A stretch of DNA of 64,000 nucleotides. Source: an uncultured Candidatus Saccharimonas sp. GTDB taxonomy: Bacteria > Patescibacteriota > Saccharimonadia > Saccharimonadales > AQU-01. Below the pieces are notes generated by a model. It was not told the DNA's origin, searched no databases, and saw only the letters and a program-made list of their open reading frames with translations. The position numbers were made by a program, and so were the translations under genes. Every line of letters begins with the position of its first letter. Within the stretch, counting starts at the first letter, position 1. The DNA lies in contig CALRGT010000001.1 in assembly GCA_943358095.1 (NCBI GenBank), positions 82,842 through 146,841 on the forward strand, written 5' to 3'. This document shows positions 17,231 through 27,446 of the stretch, one piece after another.

Positions 17231-18163
17231 TTATTTCTTTATCCGTTTCATGCTTTTTGAGCGACTAGTTGGCTTCTTGGCTTTTGCACGAGGCTTTTTG
17301 GTGGTGTGTTTGGTCGGGATAGCCTTCATCAGAGCTGACACGCCAGCCAAATCATCTTCTTCGGTCTTTCGCTGGAATAAGTTCAAAGCTTTTCTTGCCA
17401 GTTTTGGAACTTCGCCAATTGGTGTGTTCTCGTCATGAACTATGACTCCGTCATGCATGTAGACAACTCTATTAACATATCTTGTCAGTTCTGGATTATG
17501 GGTAACTAGCAAAATAGTATTGCCCAGTTTATGAATGTCACTTAATAACTCCATAACAACTCTACTAGATTCGCTGTCAAGGTTACCCGTCGGCTCGTCA
17601 GCAATAATAATATCCGGGCTATTTACTAGGGCCCTGGCAATTGCAGCTCTTTGCGTCTGGCCACCACTTAAATGTTTTGGCAGATAATACTCACGGTCAG
17701 ACAAACCAACTCTTTCCAGTAGGGCAGAAGCAGTCTTTATTCTTTTATTAGCTCCAACACCCTTATATACCAAGGGAAGAGCAACGTTCTCTAAAACATT
17801 AAGCCTTGGTAGAAGGTTAAATGATTGAAAAACATAACCTACGCGGTCACGACGGATTTTTGCCAATTGATTTGTCCTAAGCCTTGAAACATCTTTACCA
17901 CCTAATTTATAACTACCGTAAGTAGGTCGATCCAATAGTCCAATTAGGTTCATTAGTGTCGACTTGCCAGACCCGCTAGGACCCATAATTGCTACGAATT
18001 CACCTTTTTCGATAACCAAATCAATTTCGTCTAAAGCCAAAGTAGTAGCATCGCCAAAACCAAAAATTTTACTAATTTCTTTGAGTTCAATTATTGGCAC
18101 TGAATGCAATCCTTTTATGTTTATCGTTTGGCTTATAAAAGGCGCACTCGTTTTTGCGAGCAC
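17231..18163 (-). CDS. ABC transporter ATP-binding protein (MacB/LolD-like) with a Lys-rich C-terminal tail
   Basis: Walker A GPSGSGKST, signature LSGGQTQR, Walker B IIIADEP. Confidence 0.9.
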   Translation of the reverse strand: MLAKTSAPFISQTINIKGLHSVPIIELKEISKIFGFGDATTLALDEIDLVIEKGEFVAIMGPSGSGKSTLMNLIGLLDRPTYGSYKLGGKDVSRLRTNQLAKIRRDRVGYVFQSFNLLPRLNVLENVALPLVYKGVGANKRIKTASALLERVGLSDREYYLPKHLSGGQTQRAAIARALVNSPDIIIADEPTGNLDSESSRVVMELLSDIHKLGNTILLVTHNPELTRYVNRVVYMHDGVIVHDENTPIGEVPKLARKALNLFQRKTEEDDLAGVSALMKAIPTKHTTKKPRAKAKKPTSRSKSMKRIKK

Positions 18164-18265
18164 ACCTATGTATTACACCTATATGTTACTCTGTTGGGTT
18201 GAATATTCAAGAGTAAAATGGAAATTAAAATATTAGGTCTAATCTGTTACAATATTGACTACAAT

Positions 18266-18355
18266 GGAGAGGTCGCATAGTGGCCTAGTGCGCCGTCTTG
18301 GAAAGGCGGTATGGGGGCAACCTCATCGAGGGTTCAAATCCCTCCCTCTCCGCCA
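18266..18355 (+). tRNA. tRNA-Ser (anticodon GGA)
   Basis: Acceptor GGAGAGG/CCTCTCC, anticodon arm CCGTC-TTGGAAA-GGCGG, long variable arm, T-arm GAGGG-TTCAAAT-CCCTC, encoded CCA. Confidence 0.9.
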
Positions 18356-18453
18356 AAATATAATGCTTGCGCTTAAATTATTGTCGTTGTAAAATACGAG
18401 GGTATTAGCTAAAAAAATATATAGCAAACTAAGAAAGGGTGGGCATTAAAATA

Positions 18454-18912
18454 ATGAAGATTCAAAGAAAAGAACAGGGCTTTACAATCGTCGAGCTCTT
18501 AATCGTAATCGTCGTAATCGGTATCTTGGCCGGTCTCGTCATCACTACCTTTACAGGTATCCAACAAAAAGCTCGTAACACTGAACGCCAGACAGATATC
18601 AAGGCTATCCAGTCGCACCTTGAAGCTTATAACGCACAAAACGGCTTCTATCCAACACTAGCAAACATGAACGACACAGCATTCCGTTCAAGCAACCTAA
18701 AAGGTCTAGATGCCGATGCACTAGCTGATCCAAAGGCACCAACCGTACAAACACTGGCCGCTGCACCTGCTGCAAACGTATATTCATATGCAGTAACCAC
18801 TACAGCTGGTGGCGCATGTACTAACGTTGCAGGCGTAGAGTGTACAGTATGGACACTAACAGCCACAAACGAAGGAACTCCAACTACAACTTTCGAAAAG
18901 AAGAGCCTTTAG
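18454..18912 (+). CDS. Type IV pilin (prepilin with N-terminal methylation motif)
   Basis: MKIQRKEQ-GFTIVELLIVIVVIGILA leader/cleavage motif. The ORF-track GTG at 18439 is less likely. Confidence 0.85.
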   Translation: MKIQRKEQGFTIVELLIVIVVIGILAGLVITTFTGIQQKARNTERQTDIKAIQSHLEAYNAQNGFYPTLANMNDTAFRSSNLKGLDADALADPKAPTVQTLAAAPAANVYSYAVTTTAGGACTNVAGVECTVWTLTATNEGTPTTTFEKKSL

Positions 18913-18931
18913 TTAACAATCAATTGTTATT

Positions 18932-18959
18932 AAAAAAGACCCAGCAATGGGTCTTTTTT
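18932..18959. terminator. Bidirectional terminator between the pilin gene and pyrH
   Basis: AAAAAA-GACCCA-GCAA-TGGGTC-TTTTTT. Confidence 0.8.
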
Positions 18960-19007
18960 AATTGTCATGAAATATACTATTCCAATCAAAGATTTGGGTA
19001 AAATCGT

Positions 19008-19718
19008 TTACTTAATCGTCGTGCCGATGTTCTCGCCACTAACAACTCTTAGGAAATTTCCTGGAGTCATTGCATCAAAAACAATAATAGGCATATGTTG
19101 TTCCATGGCGAGACCTAGAGCAGCCTTATCCATGACTTTAATTTCGGTATTCTCGACAGCTTGCTGGAAAGTAACTTCTGCTAGCCTGACTGCATCTGGA
19201 CTATGAGAAGGGTCCTTGTCGTATACACCGTCTACTTTGGTGGCCTTTAGCACTCGCTCACAATCAAGTTCTAATGCGATAGAAACAGCTGCAGTGTCGT
19301 GCGTGAAGTATGGTCGTCCAAGACCAGCGGCAACTATCAAGACTCTCTTTCTCTCGAGATGCTTTTCTGCTAATCGATAAGAGTATGACTCGGCAATTTG
19401 TTCTGCAAAAATATTGCTAACACATCTAGTCGGTAGGCCGATACTTTCAAAGATGTCGGTAAGTGCCATGGCGTTTATCAAACCACTCAACATGCCCATT
19501 TGGTCGGCCGTGACTCTTTTGATGCCCTGACCGGCCATTTCCGCGCCTCGCACCATATTACCGCCACCGACTACTAAAACGACTTCTACATCGCTATCTA
19601 CGACTTGTTTTATTTCATTTGCAAGATAAAGAGCTATCTTTGGATCAACGCCAAATTCGTGTTCACCGGACAATTGTTCACCTGATAATTTGAGTAAAAT
19701 TCTTTTGTACATTAGCAT
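19008..19718 (-). CDS. pyrH: UMP kinase
   Basis: YKRILLKLSGE, VVGGGN and TKVDGVYDKDP motifs. Confidence 0.9.
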   Translation of the reverse strand: MLMYKRILLKLSGEQLSGEHEFGVDPKIALYLANEIKQVVDSDVEVVLVVGGGNMVRGAEMAGQGIKRVTADQMGMLSGLINAMALTDIFESIGLPTRCVSNIFAEQIAESYSYRLAEKHLERKRVLIVAAGLGRPYFTHDTAAVSIALELDCERVLKATKVDGVYDKDPSHSPDAVRLAEVTFQQAVENTEIKVMDKAALGLAMEQHMPIIVFDAMTPGNFLRVVSGENIGTTIK

Positions 19719-19799
19719 GTAGTTTAACAGATGACCCCAGTTGATGCTATACTTTTCATGAATAACTATTCAACTATGTCTACGCTATAAGGAGCAGTG

Positions 19800-20600
19800 A
19801 TGATCAAAATCTACTCATGGAACGTAAATGGCATTCGTGCAGTCCACAACAAGGGCTTGTTTTTGCCATTCATAGAAAAAGAACAACCCGACATATTATG
19901 CCTACAAGAAACAAAGGCCGCACAACATCAGTCCGAAGTGGACTTACCGGAGTATGAAGAATTCTGGAACTCGGCAGACAAAAAGGGCTATAGCGGCACA
20001 GCAATTTTTACAAAAATTAAACCCTTAAATATTATTAATGGTTTACCTGCTGACATAATCAAAGCATTCGGACTAATTGCAGACGGCTATGGCGACCCAA
20101 ACAGCGAGGGCAGAGTAGTGGCGGCTGAATTCGATAAATTCTACTTAGTTACCGTCTATACACCAAACGCCAAAGACGACTTGTCGCGCATTCCACTGCG
20201 CCACGAACAATGGGACCCGGCATTTTTAGCGTACTGCCAAGAACTGGAAAAGCAAAAACCAGTAATTTTTTGTGGCGATCTAAATGTTGCTCACACAGAG
20301 GACGACCTCGCCAACCCAAAGCCAAATATCGGCAAAAGAGGCTTCACTAGCGAAGAACGCATAGGATTCGAAAATTTCACAAGGGCTGGATTTGTTGACA
20401 CATTTAGAATGTTTACAAAGGGCAACGGTCACTATAGCTGGTGGACTTATTGGGCTAAATCGCGGGAACGAAACGTTGGATGGCGTATTGATTACTTTTT
20501 AGTGTCAAAAATATTAAGCTCAAAAGTTAAAAGCGCAGCAATACATGCTGATGTTATGGGCTCTGACCACTGCCCAGTAAGCATAACGCTGGATATATAG
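19800..20600 (+). CDS. xth: Exodeoxyribonuclease III
   Basis: IYSWNVNGIRA, LCLQETK, GDLNVAH and SDHCPV motifs; AAGGAG 5 nt upstream of the ATG at 19800. Confidence 0.9.
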   Translation: MIKIYSWNVNGIRAVHNKGLFLPFIEKEQPDILCLQETKAAQHQSEVDLPEYEEFWNSADKKGYSGTAIFTKIKPLNIINGLPADIIKAFGLIADGYGDPNSEGRVVAAEFDKFYLVTVYTPNAKDDLSRIPLRHEQWDPAFLAYCQELEKQKPVIFCGDLNVAHTEDDLANPKPNIGKRGFTSEERIGFENFTRAGFVDTFRMFTKGNGHYSWWTYWAKSRERNVGWRIDYFLVSKILSSKVKSAAIHADVMGSDHCPVSITLDI

Positions 20601-20611
20601 AAATACTTATT

Positions 20612-21406
20612 ATGGATAACAGCTACTGGCTAAAACAAAGTAACGCAGAACCGCTCTTTCCTGATTTGATATGGAGCCGACCTGAAAGCAAACAAGCTGC
20701 CGGCAAGTTACTTATCATTGGTGGTAACGCACACGGCTTCTCAGCTCCAGCCGAAGCCTACGTTATAGCTGGAAAATCTGGAATAGGATCAACGAGAGTA
20801 GTAATGCCTAATGCCCTAAAAAAACTTACAGGGGCGTTGCTAGAAAACGTCGAATACACCGCCAGCACACTTAGCGGTAGTTTTAGCAAACTAGCGCTGG
20901 ACGACTTACTTGCAAACGCCGCTTGGTCAGATGGCGTATTGTTTGCTGGTGATTTGGGCAAAAACAGCGAAACAGCAATAACTATCGAAAAATTTATCAA
21001 CAAATATAGCGGACAGGTTACTTTTACCAAGGATGCTACCGACTACTGCCTAACAGATGCAATGGCAGTCATGGCCCGACCTGAAACTTTACTAATAATG
21101 ACAATAGCGCAGCTCCAAAAACTATTTATCGCCACAAAACAAATAACCGCCATAAGTTACGATATGAATATATTGAACTTAACAGCAGCTTTAAATGTTA
21201 TAGGCGAAAAATATCCCGCCACAATAATTGTTAAACACCAAGGGCAGCTGCTGGTCAGTGGGCAAGGCTTTGTATCGTCAACTCGTACAGATCTAGATAA
21301 TGAAGATGCCTGGAGACTTCAAACAGGAACAAAAGCAGCTGTCTGGTGGCTTCAGAATCCTACCAAATCATTCGAAGCGATCACGACGAGCCTACTTGAC
21401 ACCTAG
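20612..21406 (+). CDS. Divergent YjeF_C/carbohydrate-kinase-like protein
   Basis: GKLLIIGGNAHGFSAPAEAY and GVLFAGDLGKN resemble the NAD(P)HX dehydratase fold; the assignment is tentative. Confidence 0.45.
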   Translation: MDNSYWLKQSNAEPLFPDLIWSRPESKQAAGKLLIIGGNAHGFSAPAEAYVIAGKSGIGSTRVVMPNALKKLTGALLENVEYTASTLSGSFSKLALDDLLANAAWSDGVLFAGDLGKNSETAITIEKFINKYSGQVTFTKDATDYCLTDAMAVMARPETLLIMTIAQLQKLFIATKQITAISYDMNILNLTAALNVIGEKYPATIIVKHQGQLLVSGQGFVSSTRTDLDNEDAWRLQTGTKAAVWWLQNPTKSFEAITTSLLDT

Positions 21407-21691
21407 GTCTTTTGGTCTGGGATTTAACTTTACTGGCGGTAGGGCGATGGTAAAGGCCTTGAGTAAATCGAAGGGGATAGTCTCTTGCTCAGTAGGCTTC
21501 GACTCGTCATTAGGCAAGTCAGCCTCTTTGAACTCATTCTTGTGTTGAGAGTCAATATCGTCAATTTCAGGTATAACTAAAGGCTTAAATAATAAACTGC
21601 GAGGAGGAATAGAATACTTAACTGGCTTATCGTCAGGCAATAAATCTCGCCTATTACTGGCTTCCTCGTTAAATGTGTTGAATTCTGACAT
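21392..21691 (-). CDS. Hypothetical acidic protein
   Basis: Uninterrupted ORF, convergent with the previous gene, with a 15-nt 3' overlap; no recognisable motif. Confidence 0.4.
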   Translation of the reverse strand: MSEFNTFNEEASNRRDLLPDDKPVKYSIPPRSLLFKPLVIPEIDDIDSQHKNEFKEADLPNDESKPTEQETIPFDLLKAFTIALPPVKLNPRPKDLGVK

Positions 21692-21780
21692 AGTCTTATA
21701 TTACCAATTACTAGCCTAGATATAATAGACTTTTGTTAAAAATAATCAGGAATTAAAAGATAATAAGATTTATAGGCAAT

Positions 21781-21867
21781 TGGTGCCGCGGGACGGACTT
21801 GAACCGTCACGAACAAAAGTTCACAGGATTTTGAGTCCGGCGTGTCTACCAATTCCACCACCGCGGC
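21781..21867 (-). tRNA. tRNA-Leu (anticodon CAA)
   Basis: Reverse complement reads GCCGCGG..CCGGA-CTCAAAA-TCCTG..long variable arm..GACGG-TTCAAGT-CCGTC-CCGCGGC-A-CCA. Confidence 0.9.
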
Positions 21868-22010
21868 TCCAGCTGACTATATTATTACTAATCTGTTTGA
21901 CTATTAAAGAACAGGGTATATTGTACCATAAAAATTCACTAAATATAGTAGTGTTAGCCAAGCTAATCTTCGTAATATAGAGTATAATTTAGCTAAATAC
22001 GGAACAACAT

Positions 22011-23237
22011 ATGGAACCAGACGAAATACAACAAAACGAGAAAACTGCCGAACAAATCAGAAAACAACTGGGCAAGTTATACGGTGAAGAACCCGCTATA
22101 GAGGAAGAGATAGAAGACGTGTCGGACGAAACCGACGACCTCTCTAAGCACCAAAGGTTCGTCTATAAACTTAGTCATTCTGGTAAAAACCCAGAAGACA
22201 TAGAAGCAGCCTGGCACCAATATTACGCAGGATTGTCGGACAATGATAAACATGAGGTTTGGCGAGAGTTTCAGGAAACTTCAAATACTCAAGAATCAGT
22301 CCATAATGAATCTACCGAAATCAACTCTTCCAAACCAAGCCAGAACCACACGAGAGTAATTGACGAGCCTGTCGTAATTCCAAGAAACCAATTTATCCGC
22401 CCGACATATTACGACGAAGAACCACAACCAAAACATTCCCGAAACCGAAGCACAAAAACAGTATCAGAAATCAAAAGACAATTGATAGGGAATATTGAAT
22501 CCAGACAAAAACTAAAACCTAAACAACATTTAAAATCATTAATTTTTGGTCTTTCTGTAGGATCAATATTTGTATTATTGCTGCTTTTTGGATTCTTCAA
22601 CGAACGATTTATCGCACCCTTTATCACGCCTAGTCGTAGCGTCAGTTCAACTCCTATTATTGTCGACGATTCGGGTATAGCAATAAGCAAAGAACCAAAA
22701 ATAATAATCCCGAAAATCAATGTAGAGGCACCGGTTGTTTATGACGAGACATCCATAGAAGAGAAGGTGCTGCAGACGGCTCTACAACGAGGCACAGTGC
22801 ATTATGCCACCACACCTCTACCAGGAGAAAAGGGAAATGTCGTTATTTTTGGACACTCTAGTAGCAACCTACTAAACCAAGGAAAATATAAATACGCCTT
22901 CGTTTTATTAAGCAGAATGTCTATAGGCGATATATTTTACTTAACTAAGGACGGGCAACGTTTTAGCTATAAAATATACGAGAAAAAGATAGTTAGTCCT
23001 ACAGCTGTCGAAGTAATAGGGACAGCCAGCAAGCCTGAAACAGCAACTCTTATAACTTGCGATCCTCCAGGCTCTTCGCTTAATCGGCTAGTCATAATCG
23101 GTGAGCAAATTAGCCCAGATCCAAACCTAAATATCGCTGCCACCACCCAGACAATTACTCCCGCCAAAACAACTCTGCCAACAATACTTCCAAGTAACTC
23201 ACCAACTCTCTGGAGTCGTATAAAGAACTGGTTCTAA
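22011..23237 (+). CDS. Sortase-domain protein with a ~200-aa N-terminal cytoplasmic extension and one TM
   Basis: GNVVIFGHSS (His), ATLITCDPPGS (Cys), NRLVIIGE (Arg); TM LIFGLSVGSIFVLLLLFGFF. Confidence 0.75.
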   Translation: MEPDEIQQNEKTAEQIRKQLGKLYGEEPAIEEEIEDVSDETDDLSKHQRFVYKLSHSGKNPEDIEAAWHQYYAGLSDNDKHEVWREFQETSNTQESVHNESTEINSSKPSQNHTRVIDEPVVIPRNQFIRPTYYDEEPQPKHSRNRSTKTVSEIKRQLIGNIESRQKLKPKQHLKSLIFGLSVGSIFVLLLLFGFFNERFIAPFITPSRSVSSTPIIVDDSGIAISKEPKIIIPKINVEAPVVYDETSIEEKVLQTALQRGTVHYATTPLPGEKGNVVIFGHSSSNLLNQGKYKYAFVLLSRMSIGDIFYLTKDGQRFSYKIYEKKIVSPTAVEVIGTASKPETATLITCDPPGSSLNRLVIIGEQISPDPNLNIAATTQTITPAKTTLPTILPSNSPTLWSRIKNWF

Positions 23238-23241
23238 TAAA

Positions 23242-24717
23242 CTAGGGTAGGCGTAATTCTGTTCGTGTTAACGCAGAACCTGCAGGACTAGTAGTAGACG
23301 GCGCAATATTAAACAGGGCTGAATAATCTTTATTAAAGAACGGCCGTTGGTTGGAATTACTTGCTGACAATACTTGCTGATTAGATCCGTCAAAATCAAA
23401 TGCCATAGTTTTGCCTTCAGTCACGATTGTGAGTCTGTCGCCATCCATCCAATTAGCAGTCTGATTGGCGGTAACCGGCTGCTTTAAGTCAAAGTAGAAG
23501 TGCCTTTCCGTTTCTATATCATAGCTAGAAAATTTTACGCCATTTTGAGAAATTATATAGCGAGCAGTGTCAGAGAACGAAATTGAGTCGATTTGTTCAG
23601 CTCTTAATACCGTCAGTGGAACTAACGATTTAAGGTTAGCTTGCTTAAAAGAGTCTTGAGGATTTTTATATACATAGACACGGCCTGCAGCATTTTTTGG
23701 CCCGACAACCATATACCAATCGCCGCTATACTGAGCTAGATCTAGCTTAACTTCTGTTTTTGGATCAAAATTCTGCATCAAGTAACTACTGGTTCCGTCC
23801 CAGAGCTTTACGCTTAATGGTCCTTCGGCAAGCCCATTGTCTGTGGAGTACATAACTAGTTTTTCGCCGTGCGTCTTATAGCTCAAAACATTCTGGAGGA
23901 TTCTGTTGACCTGCTTGGTCTTAGCGTCATAAATAGCAAGGCTATGATCAGATGATCTATAAACTGTCATCTTCTCGAACCGCTTATCTACCAAATCAAT
24001 TGTAACGCCGTCTATCTGCAGCTGCTTAGAAACATTGTAAGAGCTAGCCACTGTGTCGCGGTCAATCATTATATATTCATAACTAGTCCCAAATTCGTGC
24101 TTAACCAAAAGATGCTTATTGTCGTTCGACCATTCTACTAATTTAATAGTTTGGGCGGCAGTGCTAGCGGTAAGCAATCCTGCAGGTAGAACTAGCGGAG
24201 TGGGGGTCGGTTTGTCATTATTCATATCGAACATATCGAAGTTAGTCGATGCCGCTGACGACTGGACCAACATCCATCTTTTATCCGGGCTATAAGTCAC
24301 AAAGCTTGGCGTGGTCGCATATTGCTTAATTTCACTCGTTGCAAGTTTCGTAGGAAATAGAAGGGGGTAAATAACTCTCTCAACACTTCCACCATCCAAA
24401 TTAATAATCCGCTTCCAGCTACGATAACCGACACTCCTAAGTTCGAGCAAGTACTCTCCACCAGGTATCGTCAGTTTGGTATCAGTTTTTGCCTTGATTG
24501 AAGTTCCGTTTAGGTATATATCTGCTGCAACCGGCTTGGACGACACAAATAATAGTCCGTTTTGTATGACTTGCCCAGTTTTCCTATTTAAATCATAGCC
24601 ATACGATTGGTATAGAAGAATTGTTGCGGCGGCGATAACGGCTGTTGCCACCAAAAAATAACCAACAAAAAGTCGTGTTAGATGTGCTTTTTTTTGGCTA
24701 GGGTCTTGGTAGTCCAT
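23242..24717 (-). CDS. PEGA-domain membrane-anchored surface protein
   Basis: N-terminal TM, PEGA-like segment VAADIYLNGTSIKAKTDTKLTIPGGEYLLELRSVGY, long beta-rich C-terminal region. Confidence 0.65.
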   Translation of the reverse strand: MDYQDPSQKKAHLTRLFVGYFLVATAVIAAATILLYQSYGYDLNRKTGQVIQNGLLFVSSKPVAADIYLNGTSIKAKTDTKLTIPGGEYLLELRSVGYRSWKRIINLDGGSVERVIYPLLFPTKLATSEIKQYATTPSFVTYSPDKRWMLVQSSAASTNFDMFDMNNDKPTPTPLVLPAGLLTASTAAQTIKLVEWSNDNKHLLVKHEFGTSYEYIMIDRDTVASSYNVSKQLQIDGVTIDLVDKRFEKMTVYRSSDHSLAIYDAKTKQVNRILQNVLSYKTHGEKLVMYSTDNGLAEGPLSVKLWDGTSSYLMQNFDPKTEVKLDLAQYSGDWYMVVGPKNAAGRVYVYKNPQDSFKQANLKSLVPLTVLRAEQIDSISFSDTARYIISQNGVKFSSYDIETERHFYFDLKQPVTANQTANWMDGDRLTIVTEGKTMAFDFDGSNQQVLSASNSNQRPFFNKDYSALFNIAPSTTSPAGSALTRTELRLP

Positions 24718-24855
24718 ATTTACTTTTGTTTTTCTGATTTTATACGCTAGTAATAGTATACAACTATTTATTTTAATATAAAGAGCTCAACTTATTCTAG
24801 TTGTAAAGATATGCGCTTAAGGTTATGATATTAAATAGATAATAATAGATACAAA

Positions 24856-25854
24856 ATGACTGACAAAAACACAATTGAGCTAAACGGTAAAATATATGAC
24901 AGTACTAGTGGTAAGGTTCTGGCGACACAACCTGCCAAAAGCAAGAAGCCTAGTCATAAAGCCAGTGCTAACGCCGGGACGGTCCACCACAAAACACAGC
25001 GTCCAAAAACATTAATGAGATCTGTTGTAAAACGACCTAGATTCACCCAAAAAAGACTTCTACCTGCAAAAACACTAAATAAATCTGGAGTTAAACCTGT
25101 TTTACCTACAAAGATAGACGAAGACAGAGTCAGCAGAGCCAAAGATGTACCCATGAGTAAACTTGTAAGTCGTTTTAACGGCTTGGCCGACAGAGCAACT
25201 CTTGTCAAGAAAACAGCTGTAATTTCCGTCAAAACAGCTCCAGCCGATAACATTAGCTTCCATAATTCTGCTCCTGTAAACATGGAATCAATCCCTAAAG
25301 ATATATTCATGGCGGCCCTCAGCCGAGCCGAAAGCCATAAAGAAAGGCCTTTACCAAAAGCCAAATTGCACCATAAAGCTGCCAAAAAATTAGGAGTCAG
25401 TAATAAAATTTTTGCAGTCAGTAGCGCTACATTCTCAGCAGTATTGCTATTTGCTTTTTTTGCCTATCAAAACATACCTAATACTGCATTCCGACTTGCA
25501 GCTTCTCGAGCGGGAGTGCAGGCATCTCTACCAAGCTATAAACCAGCTGGCTATGCTAAGAGCGGTCAAACCGAATCAGCACCAGGACAAATATCTGTAA
25601 AGTTCGCCTCTAACAGCGATAACAGGAGCTTTACAGTAACCCAGCGCGCCTCTAAATGGAATAGCTCTTCGTTACTAGAAGACTACGTTGCCATCAATCG
25701 ACGCAACTACCAATCATTGCAAATAGGCAGCAAAACTATTTATTTATATGGCGATTCCAACGCCACATGGGTCGACGGCAATACTTGGTACAAGATAGAA
25801 GGCAACTCAAACTTAAGTAGCCAGCAATTGCTCAACATCGCCAAATCAATGTAG
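24856..25854 (+). CDS. Hypothetical single-pass membrane protein
   Basis: Basic N-terminal half, TM IFAVSSATFSAVLLFAFFAY, extracytoplasmic C-terminal domain. Confidence 0.55.
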   Translation: MTDKNTIELNGKIYDSTSGKVLATQPAKSKKPSHKASANAGTVHHKTQRPKTLMRSVVKRPRFTQKRLLPAKTLNKSGVKPVLPTKIDEDRVSRAKDVPMSKLVSRFNGLADRATLVKKTAVISVKTAPADNISFHNSAPVNMESIPKDIFMAALSRAESHKERPLPKAKLHHKAAKKLGVSNKIFAVSSATFSAVLLFAFFAYQNIPNTAFRLAASRAGVQASLPSYKPAGYAKSGQTESAPGQISVKFASNSDNRSFTVTQRASKWNSSSLLEDYVAINRRNYQSLQIGSKTIYLYGDSNATWVDGNTWYKIEGNSNLSSQQLLNIAKSM

Positions 25855-25911
25855 CCAAAACATAGAGCGCTAGTATTAGAAACTGGTCGACACTCTGTTA
25901 TAATTACTTCA

Positions 25912-27339
25912 ATGAAGATAACTCGTACCAGATTTGCGCCTAGTCCGACCGGCTTTATGCACGTTGGCGGCGTTCGCACGGCCTTGTTCGCGTGGCTAGT
26001 AGCTAAACAGGCTAACGGTAAGTTTCTGCTTAGACTTGAAGATACCGACAAGAACCGTGAAGTAGCTGGATCGGCCGAACACATCATGGAATCGCTACGA
26101 TGGCTAGGGCTAGAGTGGGACGAAGGCCCCGACATAGGCGGCTCGCACGCACCTTATCTCCAGAGTGAACGACTCGATATATATAAGCAATGGGCAGAGA
26201 AACTAATTGCTAGCGGTCGAGCATACGCTGACCCTTACACAAAAGAAGAGCTTGAGACTTTTCGTGTTGAAGCTCAAAAAAACAAACAACCCTTTTTGTA
26301 CCGTAATCATCGACCAGAAAATCCACCGGTATGGGATGGCAGCCAAGCGTTAAGATTTAAGTCAGATCCAAAAGTTTATCATTGGGAAGACGCTGTGCTG
26401 GGAGACTTATCGGCCGGAGCTGAAGCCGTTGACGACTTCATACTAATAAAATCAGACGGCTACCCAACCTATAATTTCTGTCATATTGTTGACGACGAAC
26501 TCATGGAAATAACTCACGTTATTCGGTCGCAGGAGTTTATCGCATCAGTCCCACGATTTTTAAATCTTTACGATGCCCTTGGTATTGACTGGCCGATATT
26601 TGCTACACTGCCTTATGTTATGGGTGCGGACGGCAAGAAAAAGCTAGGCAAACGCGACGGCGCAAAAGATATTCTCGACTACAGAAAAGATGGCTACCTG
26701 CCGGAAACTATGATTAATTTTCTTGCCACATTGGGCTGGAACGACGGAAGTGAACAAGAAATATTTAGCGTCAAAGAGTTGATAGAGAAATTCTCGCTAG
26801 CAAGAGTACAACGTAGTGGTGCAGCATTCGATGAGCAAAGACTGTTATGGATGAACGGTAGTCATATTAGAGGCATTAGCCTCGATGACCTGTTCGATAG
26901 AACGAAAAATTATTGGCCGGAGCAATCCAATCAAAAAAGCGCTGATTACAAAAAATCTGTTCTTGGTTTAATTCAAGAAAGGCTAAAATATTTCGCTGAA
27001 ATACCCGAGCTAACAAACTTCTTTTTCGAGGACCTACCAATTAATCTTGAGCTAATCACATCTAATAAACAGCTCAAGAAGCTAGATAACCAACAACTCA
27101 AAACTTACCTACAAAAAGCCTTAGAAGTTCTTACCGACTCTGATTTTAGCGTCAATAATTTATCCGATATTCTTAATAATCTTCTAGAAACAACAGGCGA
27201 AAAACCTGGTATATTATTTAGCTTAATAAGAATTGCTACAACTTGGGCGCCAGCATCGCCTGGACTAGCCGACACATTGTCTGTACTCGGAAAAGAAACT
27301 ACACTTCGTCGCATCAGCGCCAGCATATCTAGCATTTAG
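25912..27339 (+). CDS. gltX: Glutamate--tRNA ligase
   Basis: RTRFAPSPTGFMHVGGVRTALF (HIGH region) and KKLGKRDG (KMSKS-like). Confidence 0.92.
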   Translation: MKITRTRFAPSPTGFMHVGGVRTALFAWLVAKQANGKFLLRLEDTDKNREVAGSAEHIMESLRWLGLEWDEGPDIGGSHAPYLQSERLDIYKQWAEKLIASGRAYADPYTKEELETFRVEAQKNKQPFLYRNHRPENPPVWDGSQALRFKSDPKVYHWEDAVLGDLSAGAEAVDDFILIKSDGYPTYNFCHIVDDELMEITHVIRSQEFIASVPRFLNLYDALGIDWPIFATLPYVMGADGKKKLGKRDGAKDILDYRKDGYLPETMINFLATLGWNDGSEQEIFSVKELIEKFSLARVQRSGAAFDEQRLLWMNGSHIRGISLDDLFDRTKNYWPEQSNQKSADYKKSVLGLIQERLKYFAEIPELTNFFFEDLPINLELITSNKQLKKLDNQQLKTYLQKALEVLTDSDFSVNNLSDILNNLLETTGEKPGILFSLIRIATTWAPASPGLADTLSVLGKETTLRRISASISSI

Positions 27340-27446
27340 ATAAATCGCACAGTCTAGCAACGAGCAATAAGCGGCGTTAAGTAGTGTCCTAGTATTTAGC
27401 TTGTGCCTATAGGCAAATAAGCATTAGCACTGTTACAATGTAGTCT